Below are positions 1 to 12,764 of a stretch of 64,000 nt of DNA, in pieces. The notes beneath the pieces are model-generated. The model was not told the DNA's origin. It ran no database searches and saw only the letters and a program-made list of their open reading frames with translations. The DNA is taken from contig OX597833.1 of the NCBI GenBank assembly GCA_951406725.2, positions 62,930,001 to 62,994,000 of the forward strand. The letters run 5' to 3'. Origin of the DNA: Octopus vulgaris. Lineage: Eukaryota. The position numbers and the translations under genes were made by a program. Every line of letters begins with the position of its first letter. Position 1 is the first letter of the stretch.

Positions 1-257
1 CAACGCCCAAATTGCAGACAGACACTCTATGCTCTCAAGATATATACACACTCTTGATGATTCGTTTTACAAACAATTGTACAATTGTACGCAACATTGT
101 TTTCATTCAAACAAATTCTTAAGGAAATATGCATTCGCATACGCTATACACACATTGCTGAATAGAGTGCGCCATGTATATATATAAGCACAGACGTAAA
201 TTGAAAATACATATTCATACATTGAAAACCAAGTTCGTGTCAGAATGCTTATCTGTG

Positions 258-328
<71 letters not shown>

Positions 329-1236
329 CACACACAAATAAATACATACATATATATACACATATATATATATATATGTATGTAAGCATCGATATGTATA
401 TATGCTTACATATCCATACATATATGTATACATATCTAGTCATATATACATACACAAGCACACAAGCATACTTACGGATTTATATCTGTATCTATCTATC
501 AATTAATATACACACATTTGTGTGTATGTGTGTGTGTGTATAGATATATACATATAAATACATATACATATATACATACAAATATATTATCTATGTATCT
601 CGTACATAGACATATTTGTATAAATATATATATATATATATACACACAGGTGTCTCTATGAATCTGTGTGTGTGTGTGTATATATATATGTGTAGACACT
701 ATACACACACAGAGGGTGGGGGGTTGCAGAATTGCCGTAAATCGCCAACCGCCATCAATAATTCTGCGTTGTCTTCATTATCGCCGCATAATTTGAAAAT
801 CTCTTTCCAAACATGAAACAGTGGAATGCAATAAATAATATAACACAATCTAACGTAGGATATCATGTAATATAACATAAGACGATATCACACGATATAA
901 TGCCTGTATGATTGCTAGGGGAACGGATTAAACAAGTCACGTGGGAGCAGACAATAATATTACCTTCATGAAGCGAATGCAGCTGTTTAGCGTAACATTT
1001 CCATTGTTCTTCTTATTATTGCTAACGTCGTCGTCCATATTGGTATTTCTGTTGCTATCGTTGTTGCTCTTGTTGTTAGCATCAATGTCCATCTGGTGTT
1101 GTTGTTGTTGTTGTTATTGCTATTGCTAACATCGAGGTGTCGAGCTGGCAGAAACGGAAGAGCCGAAGTTGTAGTTCTCAATCGTGGTCCGTATGACTCT
1201 TGGGGTTAAAATTTATACTCTTTTAAAAAATTTTTT

Positions 1237-1550
1237 CATGCGACCTTTCCAAGCCTAGCCAGGCTCATGGGCCCCGTTTCCCAGTTTCTGTGGCGTATGT
1301 GTACCCGCACCCCCCCCAGCAGGACGGGATGCCTGTCCATCGCAGCGTTACCCAAGAAACAGGAAGAAAGAGTGAGAGAAAGTTGGGGCGAATGAGTACA
1401 ACAGGGGTCGCCACCACCCCCTGGCGGAGTCTCGTGGAGCTTTAGGTGTTTTCGCTCAATAAACACACACAACGCCCGGTCTGGGAATCGAAACCGCGAT
1501 CCTCCGACCGCGAGTCCGCTGCCCTAACCACTGGGCCATTGCGCTTCCAC
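1237..1550 (-). mobile_element. tRNA-derived SINE (head H1 + tail T1)
   Basis: Minus strand begins GTGGAAGCGCAATGGCCCAGTGGTTAGGGCAGCGGACTCGCGG...GGTTTCGATTCCCAG (A and B boxes). Head shared with 46486-46779; tail shared with 29185-29434. Confidence 0.85.
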
Positions 1551-1974
1551 GGTTATACTCTTTACAATATGCAAAATATTTTTACAGTTTATTTTCAAAA
1601 ATTCCTAATTATATTTAATTATCAAAACATAATTAGGATTTTTTTTTACACATTGAATGGGTTTGTGGGTCCAGTAAGGATAAAATAGGAACCGAAGGTG
1701 TCAATGGGTAAAAAGCGGTGGAGAAACTCTGGTTTAATCCATTGCCTGCCATGATCTCGATTTGGGATCTGCTAAAAATAGTCTCACTGTTTTTAGCAAG
1801 AAGGCCTATGAAGTGGAAGAACAAACACCAAAAATCTACCGACAAACCCCTTGGATTTCATATCATATGGAACGGTTAGATCTTATAAACCTTTCAGTTA
1901 ACATGTCTCCAGTTAACTGACCACCACTTAAGATCAGCAAGACAATTATATCCATCCTTCGATCGATCAATCGA

Positions 1975-2360
1975 TCGATCGATCCATCCACCCAACCATC
2001 CACCAATCCATCTACCCACCCACTCATTCACCTACCATCCCCCCACCCATCCATCCATCCATCCATCCAACCATCCACCCACCCATCCATCCATCCATCT
2101 ACCCACCCACTCCTCCAAATCCATCCACCCACCCACCCACCCATCCATCCATCCATCCATCCACCCACCCACCCATCCATCCATCCATCCATCCATCCAC
2201 CCACCCACCCATCCATCCATCCATTCATCCATCCATCCATCCACCCACCCACCCACCCATCCATCCATCCATCCATCCATCCATCCATCCATCCATCCAT
2301 CCATCTATCCATCCATCCATCCATCCATCCATCCACCCACCCATCCATCCAACCATCCAT
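1975..2360. repeat. (CCAT)n/(CCAC)n microsatellite, probably the expanded 3' tail of the adjacent RTE
   Basis: Direct reading; on the minus strand (ATGG)n starts right after the RTE ORF remnant. Confidence 0.85.
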
Positions 2361-3185
2361 TCCTCATCTCTTTGGACGGTCCATGGGTAGCGGGGTAAAG
2401 TCCTCAGGCACTTTCTTCGTAGAGTCGTAACTGAAGTAACCGCCATTGAACTTTCCAGATGTATCCCCAATCTTGACAAACTGAATCTATGGATATTATC
2501 CACCCATATCATTCTTGCTCTACCCCTAAGTCCCCTGCCAGTTGGCTTGGCTTGGAGAAACCGTCTTGTGATCCTTTTTCGCGACATTCTAGTCTAGGCG
2601 CAGGAGTGGCTGTGTGGTAAGTAGCTTGCTAACCAACCACATGGTTCCGGGTTCAGTCCCACTGCGTGACATCTTGGGCAAGTGTCTTCTGCTACAGCCC
2701 CGGGCCGACCAATGCCTTGTGAGTGGATTTGGTAGACGGAAACCGAAAGAAGCCTGTCGTATATATGTATATATATATGTGTGTGTGTGTGTGTGCGTGT
2801 GTGTGTTTGTGTGTCTGTGTTTGTCCCTCTAGCATTGCTTGACAACCGATGCTGGTGTGTTTACGTCCCCGTCACTTAGCGGTTCGGCAAAAGAGACCGA
2901 TAGAATAAGCACTGGGCTTACAAAGAATAAGTCCCGGGGTCGATTTGCTCGACTAAAGGCGGTGCTCCAGCATGGCCGCAGTCAAAATGACTGAAACAAG
3001 TAAAAGAGTAAAAGAGAGTAAAAGAGTATACGTCCGTAGTACAGGAATTGTGACTTCACGTTACGGAAAAGTAGAGGATCCCTCTGGACAAACTCCCTGG
3101 TCTTCGAACCACGTATTTTGTCGTGTATCATTATTCCAGGGAACCTTCGTAGGAACCCTATTTCGCCTGGAATGGAAAAAAAAAA
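2361..3185 (-). mobile_element. RTE-clade LINE 3' remnant interrupted by a SINE at 2596-3028
   Basis: Minus-strand translation ...PLLFRNVKSQFLYYG / [34 protein letters not shown]... fits the RTE C-terminal pattern (W/Y)xGHVxRM...GxRxRGRPxxxW. The two halves join across the SINE. Confidence 0.75.
2596..3028 (+). mobile_element. SINE family A, full length (tRNA-like head, internal (TA)/(TG) microsatellite, (GTAAAAGA)n tail)
   Basis: AGGCGCAGGAGTGGCTGTGTGGTAAG...GGTTCAGTCCC head; near-identical copies at 18081, 39766 and 57761. Confidence 0.9.
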
Positions 3186-3565
3186 CCTTTAATGATTGGG
3201 GGAAAAGCAATTACAGGAGACCATAAAACACTGAGTCACGAAGATAAATCTATTAATTAAAACTAAATCATGTAAATGAGCCTTAAATATTGGAATGGTA
3301 CGCCATCTAGCGAGCAACGTTTGCCTGCATTTATTTGTGTTGGTTGTAGATGTGCGCAAGCAGTTGCTTGTGCGCAAGTTTTGTGTTTTGCTGTAAAATA
3401 TGTGCGCATCCATGCGGGTAACCATCTTCATTAGAAAAAAAAATGAGAAAAATTCGATTTCATTTTGAAGACGTGGTCTACGCACATTTCCTTTTTCCTT
3501 TTGTGCGCTTCTTGTAGAAGATGAGTGCGCGCGCACAGGCGCACATGTTGAAGAGAATATCGTTT

Positions 3566-3575
3566 GAGGGAGAGA

Positions 3576-3606
<31 letters not shown>

Positions 3607-4078
3607 GGAGAGAGGAGAGAAGAGGGAGTGAGGGAGAGGGAGAGAGAGAATGGAGAGAGGTGGAAACTGAAAGAGAGAGGAGAGAGATGAAAGAGAGAGA
3701 GAGAGAGAGGGAGGGGGAGAGAGGGAGTGGAAAGGGAAAGAGAGAGGAGAGAGATGAAAGAGAGAGTGAGGGAAAACGGAGAGAGGAAAAGGAGGAGAGA
3801 GAGGAGAGAGAGATGAAGGAGAGAAAGAGAAAGGAGGAGAGAGAAGGTAATAGAATGGGAGAAAGAGGAGAGAGAGATGAAAGAGAGAAAGGGAAAGGGA
3901 GAGAGGGAAAGGAGGGAGAGGGGGAAAGAGAGATGAAAGAAAGGGAGACGGATAGAGAGAGAGAGAGAGGAAAGAAAAGGAGAGAGAGAGAAGAGCAAGG
4001 GGAGAGAGAGGAAGAAAAAGGAGAGAGAGAAGGGCAGGGGAAGAGCGAAGAAACAGAGAGACAGAAATGGAGAGACAG

Positions 4079-4160
<82 letters not shown>
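3566..4160. repeat. GA-rich polypurine tract ending in (GA)n
   Basis: Direct reading. Confidence 0.9.
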
Positions 4161-4162
<2 letters not shown>

Positions 4163-4343
4163 CGAGTGAGGGAGGGAAGGTGGGAGGAAGCGAGAGATGT
4201 TGCGAAGTTTGGTTTGTGCAATATGTCTAAGTAAAAATTGGGAAATTGAAAAGCATGACTGAGAGATTTGTTTTGTGTTCTTATATTTGCCATGCTCGTC
4301 TTTACGTCACGATACTGTTTTAAGCAGAAGTCACTGACACACA

Positions 4344-4388
<45 letters not shown>

Positions 4389-4603
4389 GCACACACACAC
4401 GCACTGCTTTGTGTAAACGTGTGCGTGTGTATGCGTGTATGTATGTATATATGTTTGCATATACATGTCTGTGAGCATGTATATGTATTAATATACATCG
4501 TATATATATATATATATATATATATACATACATGCATATATGCATTTATATATATATGTATATATATATATACATGTGACTATATGTGATATGTGTATGG
4601 GTG

Positions 4604-4682
<79 letters not shown>

Positions 4683-4729
4683 TGCATAAATGTCTGCAGG
4701 TCTGTGAGCATGCATACGTATTAATATAT

Positions 4730-4765
<36 letters not shown>

Positions 4766-4792
4766 CATGCATATATGCATTTATATATATAC

Positions 4793-4846
<54 letters not shown>

Positions 4847-5049
4847 ATTTATACATGTGAGTGTATGTGATATGTATATGGATGCATGTAAGAGTACCCG
4901 TGTGTGCAAGTGTGTGCATGTGTGTAGGTGTGTATGTAGGTGTGCGTGTGCATGTGAGTAGGAGTGTGTGTATGTTTAAGGTGTGTTGGGTGCATCAATG
5001 TATAAAACTGCTAATCTAGGCAGAAAATAGGTCGTAATTATTTTACAGA

Positions 5050-5480
5050 AGCTCAGACATCTTAATTTAGTAAAATGCTTGGAAAATCAATACTGAAGGA
5101 TATTTGTAACAATATGTCTGCCGTCGATTAGGACAACACTGGAAAATTGTACGTGACTGGAGCATTTTAGGACAAACCTGTAGTCATCTGATTGGCTTAA
5201 TTTAGGACAACATAGTAGATATATATGACTGAAATATTTTAGGACAACTCAGTAGTTTTTGTTTTATTGAAACAATATGGCTGTCTGCTGCTTGTTAGGA
5301 CAAGACTGGAAAACTGTATGTGACTGAGACATTTTTGGACAACAGCAGTCGCTTGAGTGACACAAATTTGGACAACATTGTAGACATATGTGACTGAAAT
5401 ATTTTAGGATAACTCATAGTTTTTTGCATTATTGAAACAATATGTCTGGTGCTTGTTAGAACAACACTAGAAAACTGTAT
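5050..5480. repeat. Degenerate minisatellite, ~160-166 bp unit built from ~33 bp TTAGGACAA-led subunits
   Basis: TTAG(G/A)ACAA(C/G)ACT(G/A)GAAAA recurs at ~5129, 5295 and 5456. Confidence 0.75.
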
Positions 5481-5579
5481 GTATGTATGTATGTATGTAT
5501 GTATGTATGTATGTATGTATGTATGTATGTATGTATGTATGTATGTATGCATGCATGCATGTATGTATGTATGTATGTG

Positions 5580-5624
<45 letters not shown>

Positions 5625-5635
5625 ATATCTATGCG

Positions 5636-5935
5636 TGTGTATCTTTGTGTCTGTTTGTTCCCCCCACACCACTTGAAAACTGGTGTTGGTGTGTTTACGT
5701 CCCCGTCACTTAGCGGTTCAGCGAAACAGACCAACGAGTGTGTTTGTGCTGAACAAGTGGCGCACGGTAATATATATGTAGTTGGAATGTCAGACATTAT
5801 ATATCAGGAGAGGCTGAGGTCAAAATGGCCAACTAGGCTTTTAAAAAAAAATGTCCTCGGGTCGATTTGCTCGACTAAAGCCCTTGAAGGCGGTGGCCCC
5901 AGCATGGCCGCAAAAAATGACTGAAACAAATAAAA
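5636..5935 (+). mobile_element. SINE family A 3' half with a foreign ~100 bp internal segment
   Basis: GGTGTGTTTACGTCCCCGTCACTTAGCGGTTC and GGGTCGATTTGCTCGACTAAA...CAGCATGGCCGCA match family A; 5735-5832 does not. Confidence 0.75.
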
Positions 5936-6387
5936 AACAAAACAAAGGTAAGACATTGTTGTACAATTGACTGAGAGCTACAAGAATGTTGTGAAAATAA
6001 ACGTGAACTTAATCACTGGAAATATATTTCTGCTGCGTGAAGACATTGAATTCCTGCTAAACTAAAATTCGAAGAGTGTCCTAATTTCCTGCTTGTGGCG
6101 TTTCACCTGATAGGCGGGAATGAAACTATCAAACTCGTAATGGCGGTGCACACATGACGTAGAAGTAAGCTTGGCACCAGAAGATTCGGGGTTTCGGTTT
6201 CTGAATGGAAAAAAAAGACCAAAAAAAAAAATAATGAATAAAAGAAAGACAAAAATTTTATTAGTCGCCAGCTACGAACTACGAACGATGTCAACCTTCT
6301 TAAATAGCGCTATCGTTTGCTCTGGTATTTCACCCGTGCTTAACACACACGTACACGCACGCACACACACACACGCACACACACACA

Positions 6388-6448
<61 letters not shown>

Positions 6449-6519
6449 GGCATATGCCTATACGTGCTTATGTGTGTGTCATTGTGGTGGTTGTGGTGGT
6501 GGTAGCGGCGGACAAATTT

Positions 6520-6644
6520 TTATTCAGCTTTCTTGCCAATAGAGAAAGAACCGGTTTCTAACCCAGATCCAAGTCTCATTTGTTGGAATTTCAACAACAT
6601 AGACAGTGTATTTTTGCATGTATGTACGTACGTATGTATGCATG

Positions 6645-6678
<34 letters not shown>

Positions 6679-7133
6679 TGTATGTATGTATGTATGTACG
6701 TACGTATACATGTATGTATGTATGTATGTATGTATGTATGTATGTATGTATGTATGTATGTATGTACGTACGTATGCATGTATGTATGTATGTATGTATG
6801 TATGTATGTATGTGTGTATGTATGCATGTATGTATGTATGTATGTATGTACGTATGTATGCATGTATGTATGTTTGTATGTACGTATGTATGTATGCATG
6901 AATGTATGTATGTATGTATATGTGCTGATTTTTATGTTTTGTTCCATATATGTATTCTCATGCATATAGTTGCATATCTAGACATGCTAGTCTACATTCA
7001 AAGGATAGGCATTTGGAAAGTTTTACAGATCTTTACAGTTCCACTGATGGGTTAGATCTGTAGTCTTCGAGTTAGCTTTCTCCTTTCTGGTTTTGAGAAG
7101 CCTAATTTCTCAAGACTGGTGTTTAGGCAGTGT
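6520..7133 (-). mobile_element. RLE-type non-LTR retrotransposon 3' remnant (family associated with (CATA)n)
   Basis: Minus strand reads HCLNTSLEKLGFSKPERRKLTRRLQI*PISGTVKICKTFQM; homologous to 55125-55495, including the putative 3' UTR. Confidence 0.6.
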
Positions 7134-7462
7134 ATGTATGTATGTATGTATGTATGTATGTATGTATGTATGTATGTATGTATGTATGTGTGTATGTATG
7201 TATGTATGTATGTATGCATGTATGTATGTATGTATGTATGTATGTATGTATGAATGTATGTATGTATGAATCTATGTATGTATGTATGTGTTTGTGTATG
7301 AAATATATGTGTGTGTATGTATGTGTGTGTAGGTATGTATATGTATGTATGTTTGTATGTACGTGTGTGTGTATGTATGTCTATATATGCATTATGTATG
7401 TATATGTGTGTGTATGTATTTATGTATGTTAGTATGTATGTGTGTGTATGTATGTATTTATG

Positions 7463-7496
<34 letters not shown>

Positions 7497-8179
7497 TGTA
7501 TGTATGTATAAATTGTAGCCTCAACCGTAGAAACAAAATGAATGTATTTGTGTTGACCAAGTGAGGCGCGATAATATATCTCTGTAGTTGAAATGTGAGA
7601 CATTATATGAGGAGAGGTTGAGGTGAAATGACCAATTTAAATACGGAAGCTGAATTAAACAGAATCAATCGTTTAACTTACGATCACAAAAGTCTTCGAA
7701 TCATTTTGTATGATCGATTTTCTGTTCTCTTTTTAAATTGGTTTGGTCTGTGGCGACATTCCGTCCCCGCAGTCTTTACAGCGTCTGCGAAACCGGGTGG
7801 TGGTGGTGGTGGTGGGAGCTGGGGGACGTATATAAGCGAGTGTGACTTGATTACCTGTACCGTTATTTCGTTAAATGTTTCAGGTGCCCGTGTAGTCGCG
7901 TAGAGGAGGAGAGGCCACCGTGGCCATCACCACAACCACCACGACCACTACCACAACTAAAATCCCACTACAAATACTACTACTACTACTACTACTACGA
8001 TGACGACTACCACCATCACCACAGCTGCTGCTGCTGCTACTACTACTACTACAACTATTACTACTATTACTGCTACTACTACTACTACTACTATTACTAC
8101 TACTACTGCTACTACTAAGATGACGACGACGACCACCACCATCACATCCACCACCACATCACCACAGCTGCTGCTGCTG

Positions 8180-8252
<73 letters not shown>

Positions 8253-8452
8253 AGGAAGCATACATTCGCGTTAAGGTTGAGGCACATCTCTGGCTTTACC
8301 TGGATGGAGATCAGGCTGGAGAAGAGGTTACCTGTCACGTGAAAAATTCAGAAAAAGATTGAAGCTTGTGCAGAGAAAGCTGGGAGTAACTGGCACCAGG
8401 CCAGGTGAGTGGAGCCACAGAAAGAATGCAAAGGTCCTACTCTGGTAGAGTA

Positions 8453-8627
8453 ATATGCTTTTTAAAAAGCAGCAAAAATATATCGCAGAAACTGTTACTC
8501 AGAGTTTCACGTTCCCGTTCGTCGAACAGTTTTGTTTAGAATGTTTTAGAAAGAAAACTGTCCGACGGACGGGTACGTGAAACTCTGAGTAACAGTTTTT
8601 GCGAAATATCTGCTGCTTTTTAATAAA

Positions 8628-8633
<6 letters not shown>
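8453..8633. mobile_element. Palindromic MITE/foldback element with ~80 bp arms
   Basis: AAACTGTTACTCAGAGTTTCACGTTCCCGTTCGTCGAACAGTTTT is mirrored by AAAACTGTCCGACGGACGGGTACGTGAAACTCTGAGTAACAGTTT; TA-rich flanks. Confidence 0.8.
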
Positions 8634-8687
<54 letters not shown>

Positions 8688-9018
8688 GTATGTATACACA
8701 TGTCTGTTTATATATATATATATATATATATAAATCAATATGTATGTATGTATATGTGTGCGTTGGTACGTGTGTGTGTGCGCCTATGTGCGTGTTTTTT
8801 ATGTGTGTGTGTGTGTGTATGTGTGCATTGGTAAGTGCGTGTGTGCATCTATGAGTGTGTTTTTTTTATATATGTGTGTATGATTTTGTCAGTCCTCAGC
8901 ATATACACACACACATACACACACACACACACATATATATATATACACACACACATATATATATATATACACACACACATATATATATATATACATACAC
9001 ACACACACGCACGCGCAC

Positions 9019-9057
<39 letters not shown>

Positions 9058-9266
9058 TATATGTATATATATGTATATATATATGCACAATGTTATTTCT
9101 TCCAATATATTTAGCTTCAGGAAAAACAGAAATTAGTGATGAGAATTCCGAAATAAAACAAGGTCCTTGCCCGGGGCTTTTTCTCCCTCTTTTTGGGCGA
9201 TAGGTTTTGTAATTTTTTTTTAAACGCAACTTATATATTTTCTTATCTTTGTATCTGTACTCTGCT

Positions 9267-9318
<52 letters not shown>

Positions 9319-9725
9319 TGTGTGTTTGTGAGTGCACAAGTGCTCGTGTGTGTGTATGGGTGTGTGTATGAATGTGTGTTCGTGAATGTGTGTTCGTGTG
9401 TTCGTGTGTGTGTTTGTGTGTGTGTTTGTGAGTGTGTCTGTATGGATGTGTGTTCGTGTATGTGTGTGTGTTTGTGTGTGTGTTCGTGTGTGTGTGTTTG
9501 TGTTTGTGAGTGTGTGTCTTACCTCCTTATATTTTGCTATCAAATATATTCTTTTGCGTTCAGAGCTTTGAACGCCATTGGCAAATACACTACCTTTGGA
9601 TTAAATGGTCGCGAATAGAACGAAAAATGTTTTACGCCATCAAATTCGCTTCAGTTCACTTTCTGCATTCTAATTCCACATGAACCAAGAATCCGCCTCC
9701 CCCACCCTTGTTTATTACACTACAC

Positions 9726-9728
<3 letters not shown>

Positions 9729-9758
<30 letters not shown>

Positions 9759-9990
9759 TCACACACATTCACACACACACACGCACACACGCTCACACAC
9801 ACACACACACACACACGCTCACACACACACACGCACACACGCTCACACACACACACGCACACACGCACACACACACACACACACACACGCACACACGCTC
9901 ATACACACACACGCACACACGCACGCACACACACACACGCACACACGCACACACACACGCACACACACACACGCGCGCACACACGTACAT
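9729..9990. repeat. (CA)n microsatellite with CG interruptions
   Basis: Direct reading. Confidence 0.9.
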
Positions 9991-10039
9991 CACCTTTATT
10001 TATTGAACGACTAAGTTTAGCTGAATCGTCTCTGTTTCA

Positions 10040-11120
10040 AGCAGGACCCCGTTGATTTCAGTTTTATTTTGGTGGACCCCCCCCCCTCTATAGCCATTCG
10101 ATGTTTAAAAAACTAAGTTTTCCAGAAACTTCTTTCAAAATTCCTATTTTGCTTTTCACACATTCACTTGCGTAGTTTAAAACAACGTAAAATGTTAGAG
10201 AAAGAAACCTGGCCCTTTCTTCCAAGCAATACACACCACCACACTCCTTTCGGGATCGATAAATTAAGTACCTATTTCTTTACTACCCACAAGGGGCTAA
10301 ACACAGAGGGGACAAACAAAGACAGACTGACGGACGGATTAAATCGATTATATCGACCCCAGTGCGTAACTGGTACTTAATTTATCGACCCCGATCGGAT
10401 GAAAGGCAAAGTCGACCTTGGCAGAATTTGAACTCAGAACGTAACGGCAGACGAAATACCTATTTCTTTACTACCCACAAGGGGCTGAACACAGAGAGGA
10501 CAAGCAAGGACATACGGACGGATTAAGTCGATTATATCGACCCCAGTGCGTAACTGGTACTTAATTTATCGACCCCGAAAGGATGAAAGGCAAAGTCGAC
10601 CTTGGCAGAATTTGAACTCAGAACGTAACGGCAGACGAAATACCTATTTCTTTACTACCCACAAGGGGCTAAACACAGAGAGGACAAAGGACAGACAAAC
10701 GGATTAAGTCGATTATATCAACCACGGTGCATTACTGGTACTTAATTTATCGACCCCGAAAGGATGAAAGGCAAAGTCGACCTTGGCAGAATTTGAACTC
10801 AGAACGTAACGGCAGACGAAATACGGCTACGCATTTCGCCCGGCATGCTAACGGTTCTGCCAGCTCGCCGCCTTCGATAAATTAAGTACCTGTTGCGTAC
10901 TTGGGTTGATCTAATCGGCTGGCCCCCTTCCCCCAAAATTTCGGGTCTTATGCCAAGAGTAGAAAAGGATACACATCAACACACATATCGAAAGCAAAAT
11001 TTTGGGGGGCCCGAAAAATGCTATTGTGGACCCTCAGTTTACGATTTTGTTGCATTGTCCCACAGAAACCTTATATAGATCCTTAAGGGCCATATGGACC
11101 CCGGTTGAGATCCTTTGGTT
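10040..11120 (+). mobile_element. Putative non-autonomous DNA transposon (hAT-like) hosting nested SINEs
   Basis: 10090-10175 is homologous to 21058-21138, whose copy starts CAGGGTTTCCCAACC; the right end ...CCGGTTGAGATCCTTTG resembles its inverse. Confidence 0.45.
10270..10875 (-). mobile_element. SINE family B with three tandem ~184 bp body units
   Basis: One head (GGCGGCGAGCTGGCAGAA) plus units starting at 10270, 10458 and 10642; flanked by the direct repeat TCGATAAATTAAGTACCT. Confidence 0.9.
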
Positions 11121-11172
11121 TAAAGTATTTCTTCCCTTTACTGGTTTGTGTCTCATAAAGCATTTATAACGG

Positions 11173-11175
<3 letters not shown>

Positions 11176-11204
<29 letters not shown>

Positions 11205-11662
11205 CATACATACATACATACATACATACATACATACACACACACATGCATACATACCTACATACATACATACATACATACATACATACATACATACACA
11301 TACGTACGTACATACATACATGCATACATACATACATACATACATACACACACAAACATACATACATGCATACATACATACATACATACACATACATACA
11401 TACATACATACATACATACGTAGGTACATACATACCTAGGTACATACGTACGTAGCTACATACATACATACATACATACATACATACATACATACATACA
11501 TACATACATACACACATACATACATACATACATACACATACATACATACATACATACGTAGGTACATACATGCATACATACATACATACACACACACATA
11601 CATACATACATACATACATACATACATACATACATACATACATACATACATACATACATACA
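11176..11662. repeat. (CATA)n microsatellite
   Basis: Direct reading. Confidence 0.95.
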
Positions 11663-11967
11663 TGTGCATATTAGTTTATTATATGCATATATATATTACA
11701 TATAATAAATATATGTGTGTGTGTGTGTAAGTGTATGTGTGTATGTGTCTATGTGTGTTCGTGTGCGCGCGCATGTATTATTTACGTATTAACTAATAGA
11801 TAAAGCGCCATGATTGATAATAGAAAAATTCCTTAAACGAAAAGTAAAAACATGAAAACACTGATGAGAAATTTCTGTCTCTTAAACAGGAAGAAGAACA
11901 CTTGAAAAGAGGAATGGTTTACCATTCCATTATTGAAAGGGAGGAATACTTAGCTTTAGAATTATCA

Positions 11968-12022
<55 letters not shown>

Positions 12023-12109
12023 CACCTCACTTTTTCTTATTGATACCTAGAGCCATTCCCAAACTCTTAAGGAATTCACTGTCATACACACTCACACACA
12101 CATATGTAC

Positions 12110-12167
<58 letters not shown>

Positions 12168-12229
12168 TATGTATGTATATATATATGTACATATGTGTAT
12201 ATGTACATATATATATATATGTGTGTGTA

Positions 12230-12283
<54 letters not shown>

Positions 12284-12434
12284 CGCATATGTATACATAT
12301 GGGTGTATATGTGTGTGAATGTGCTTTTATATGTATGAATGTATATATATGTACGCATGTAGGTATTCATATACGTACACATGCTTTATATGTTGATTGC
12401 CATGCAATATTAGTATATATATATATATATGTGA

Positions 12435-12472
<38 letters not shown>

Positions 12473-12479
12473 TTCACCA

Positions 12480-12635
12480 TTATTTTCTCTCCTTGTTTCT
12501 TTCTGTGTTCCCTTCTGTGGAAGAGCGTAGGCTCAAAATGTTAAAGACTTTTCACTTCCCAAGTATTATACTAATACATCTGTTTGTTGTCTACACCACC
12601 TGTCTTCGTCCTTTGTTTCTTTGTGAATTCTTCCT
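12480..12635 (+). mobile_element. Penelope-like pLTR remnant with a degenerate hammerhead (12511-12546)
   Basis: CCTT-CTGTGGA-A-GAGC-GTAG-GCTC-AAAATGTT-AAAG; homologous to 63576-63722 (minus); between (TA)n tracts. Confidence 0.55.
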
Positions 12636-12712
12636 ATATATATATACATTATATAATACGTACATACATTCATACATATATATACATATATACATACACA
12701 CACAAACACACA

Positions 12713-12764
<52 letters not shown>

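Noticed and set aside
3564-4169. Arg/Glu-rich ORF
   Set aside because: Translation of a GA-rich polypurine tract.
8251-8410. Possible exon ending CAG|GTGAGT
   Set aside because: No polypyrimidine acceptor and no recognisable protein in any frame; needs RNA-seq.
10270-10822. CRISPR-like periodic array
   Set aside because: Whole units repeat with no unique spacers; they are SINE bodies, and the DNA is eukaryotic with no cas genes.
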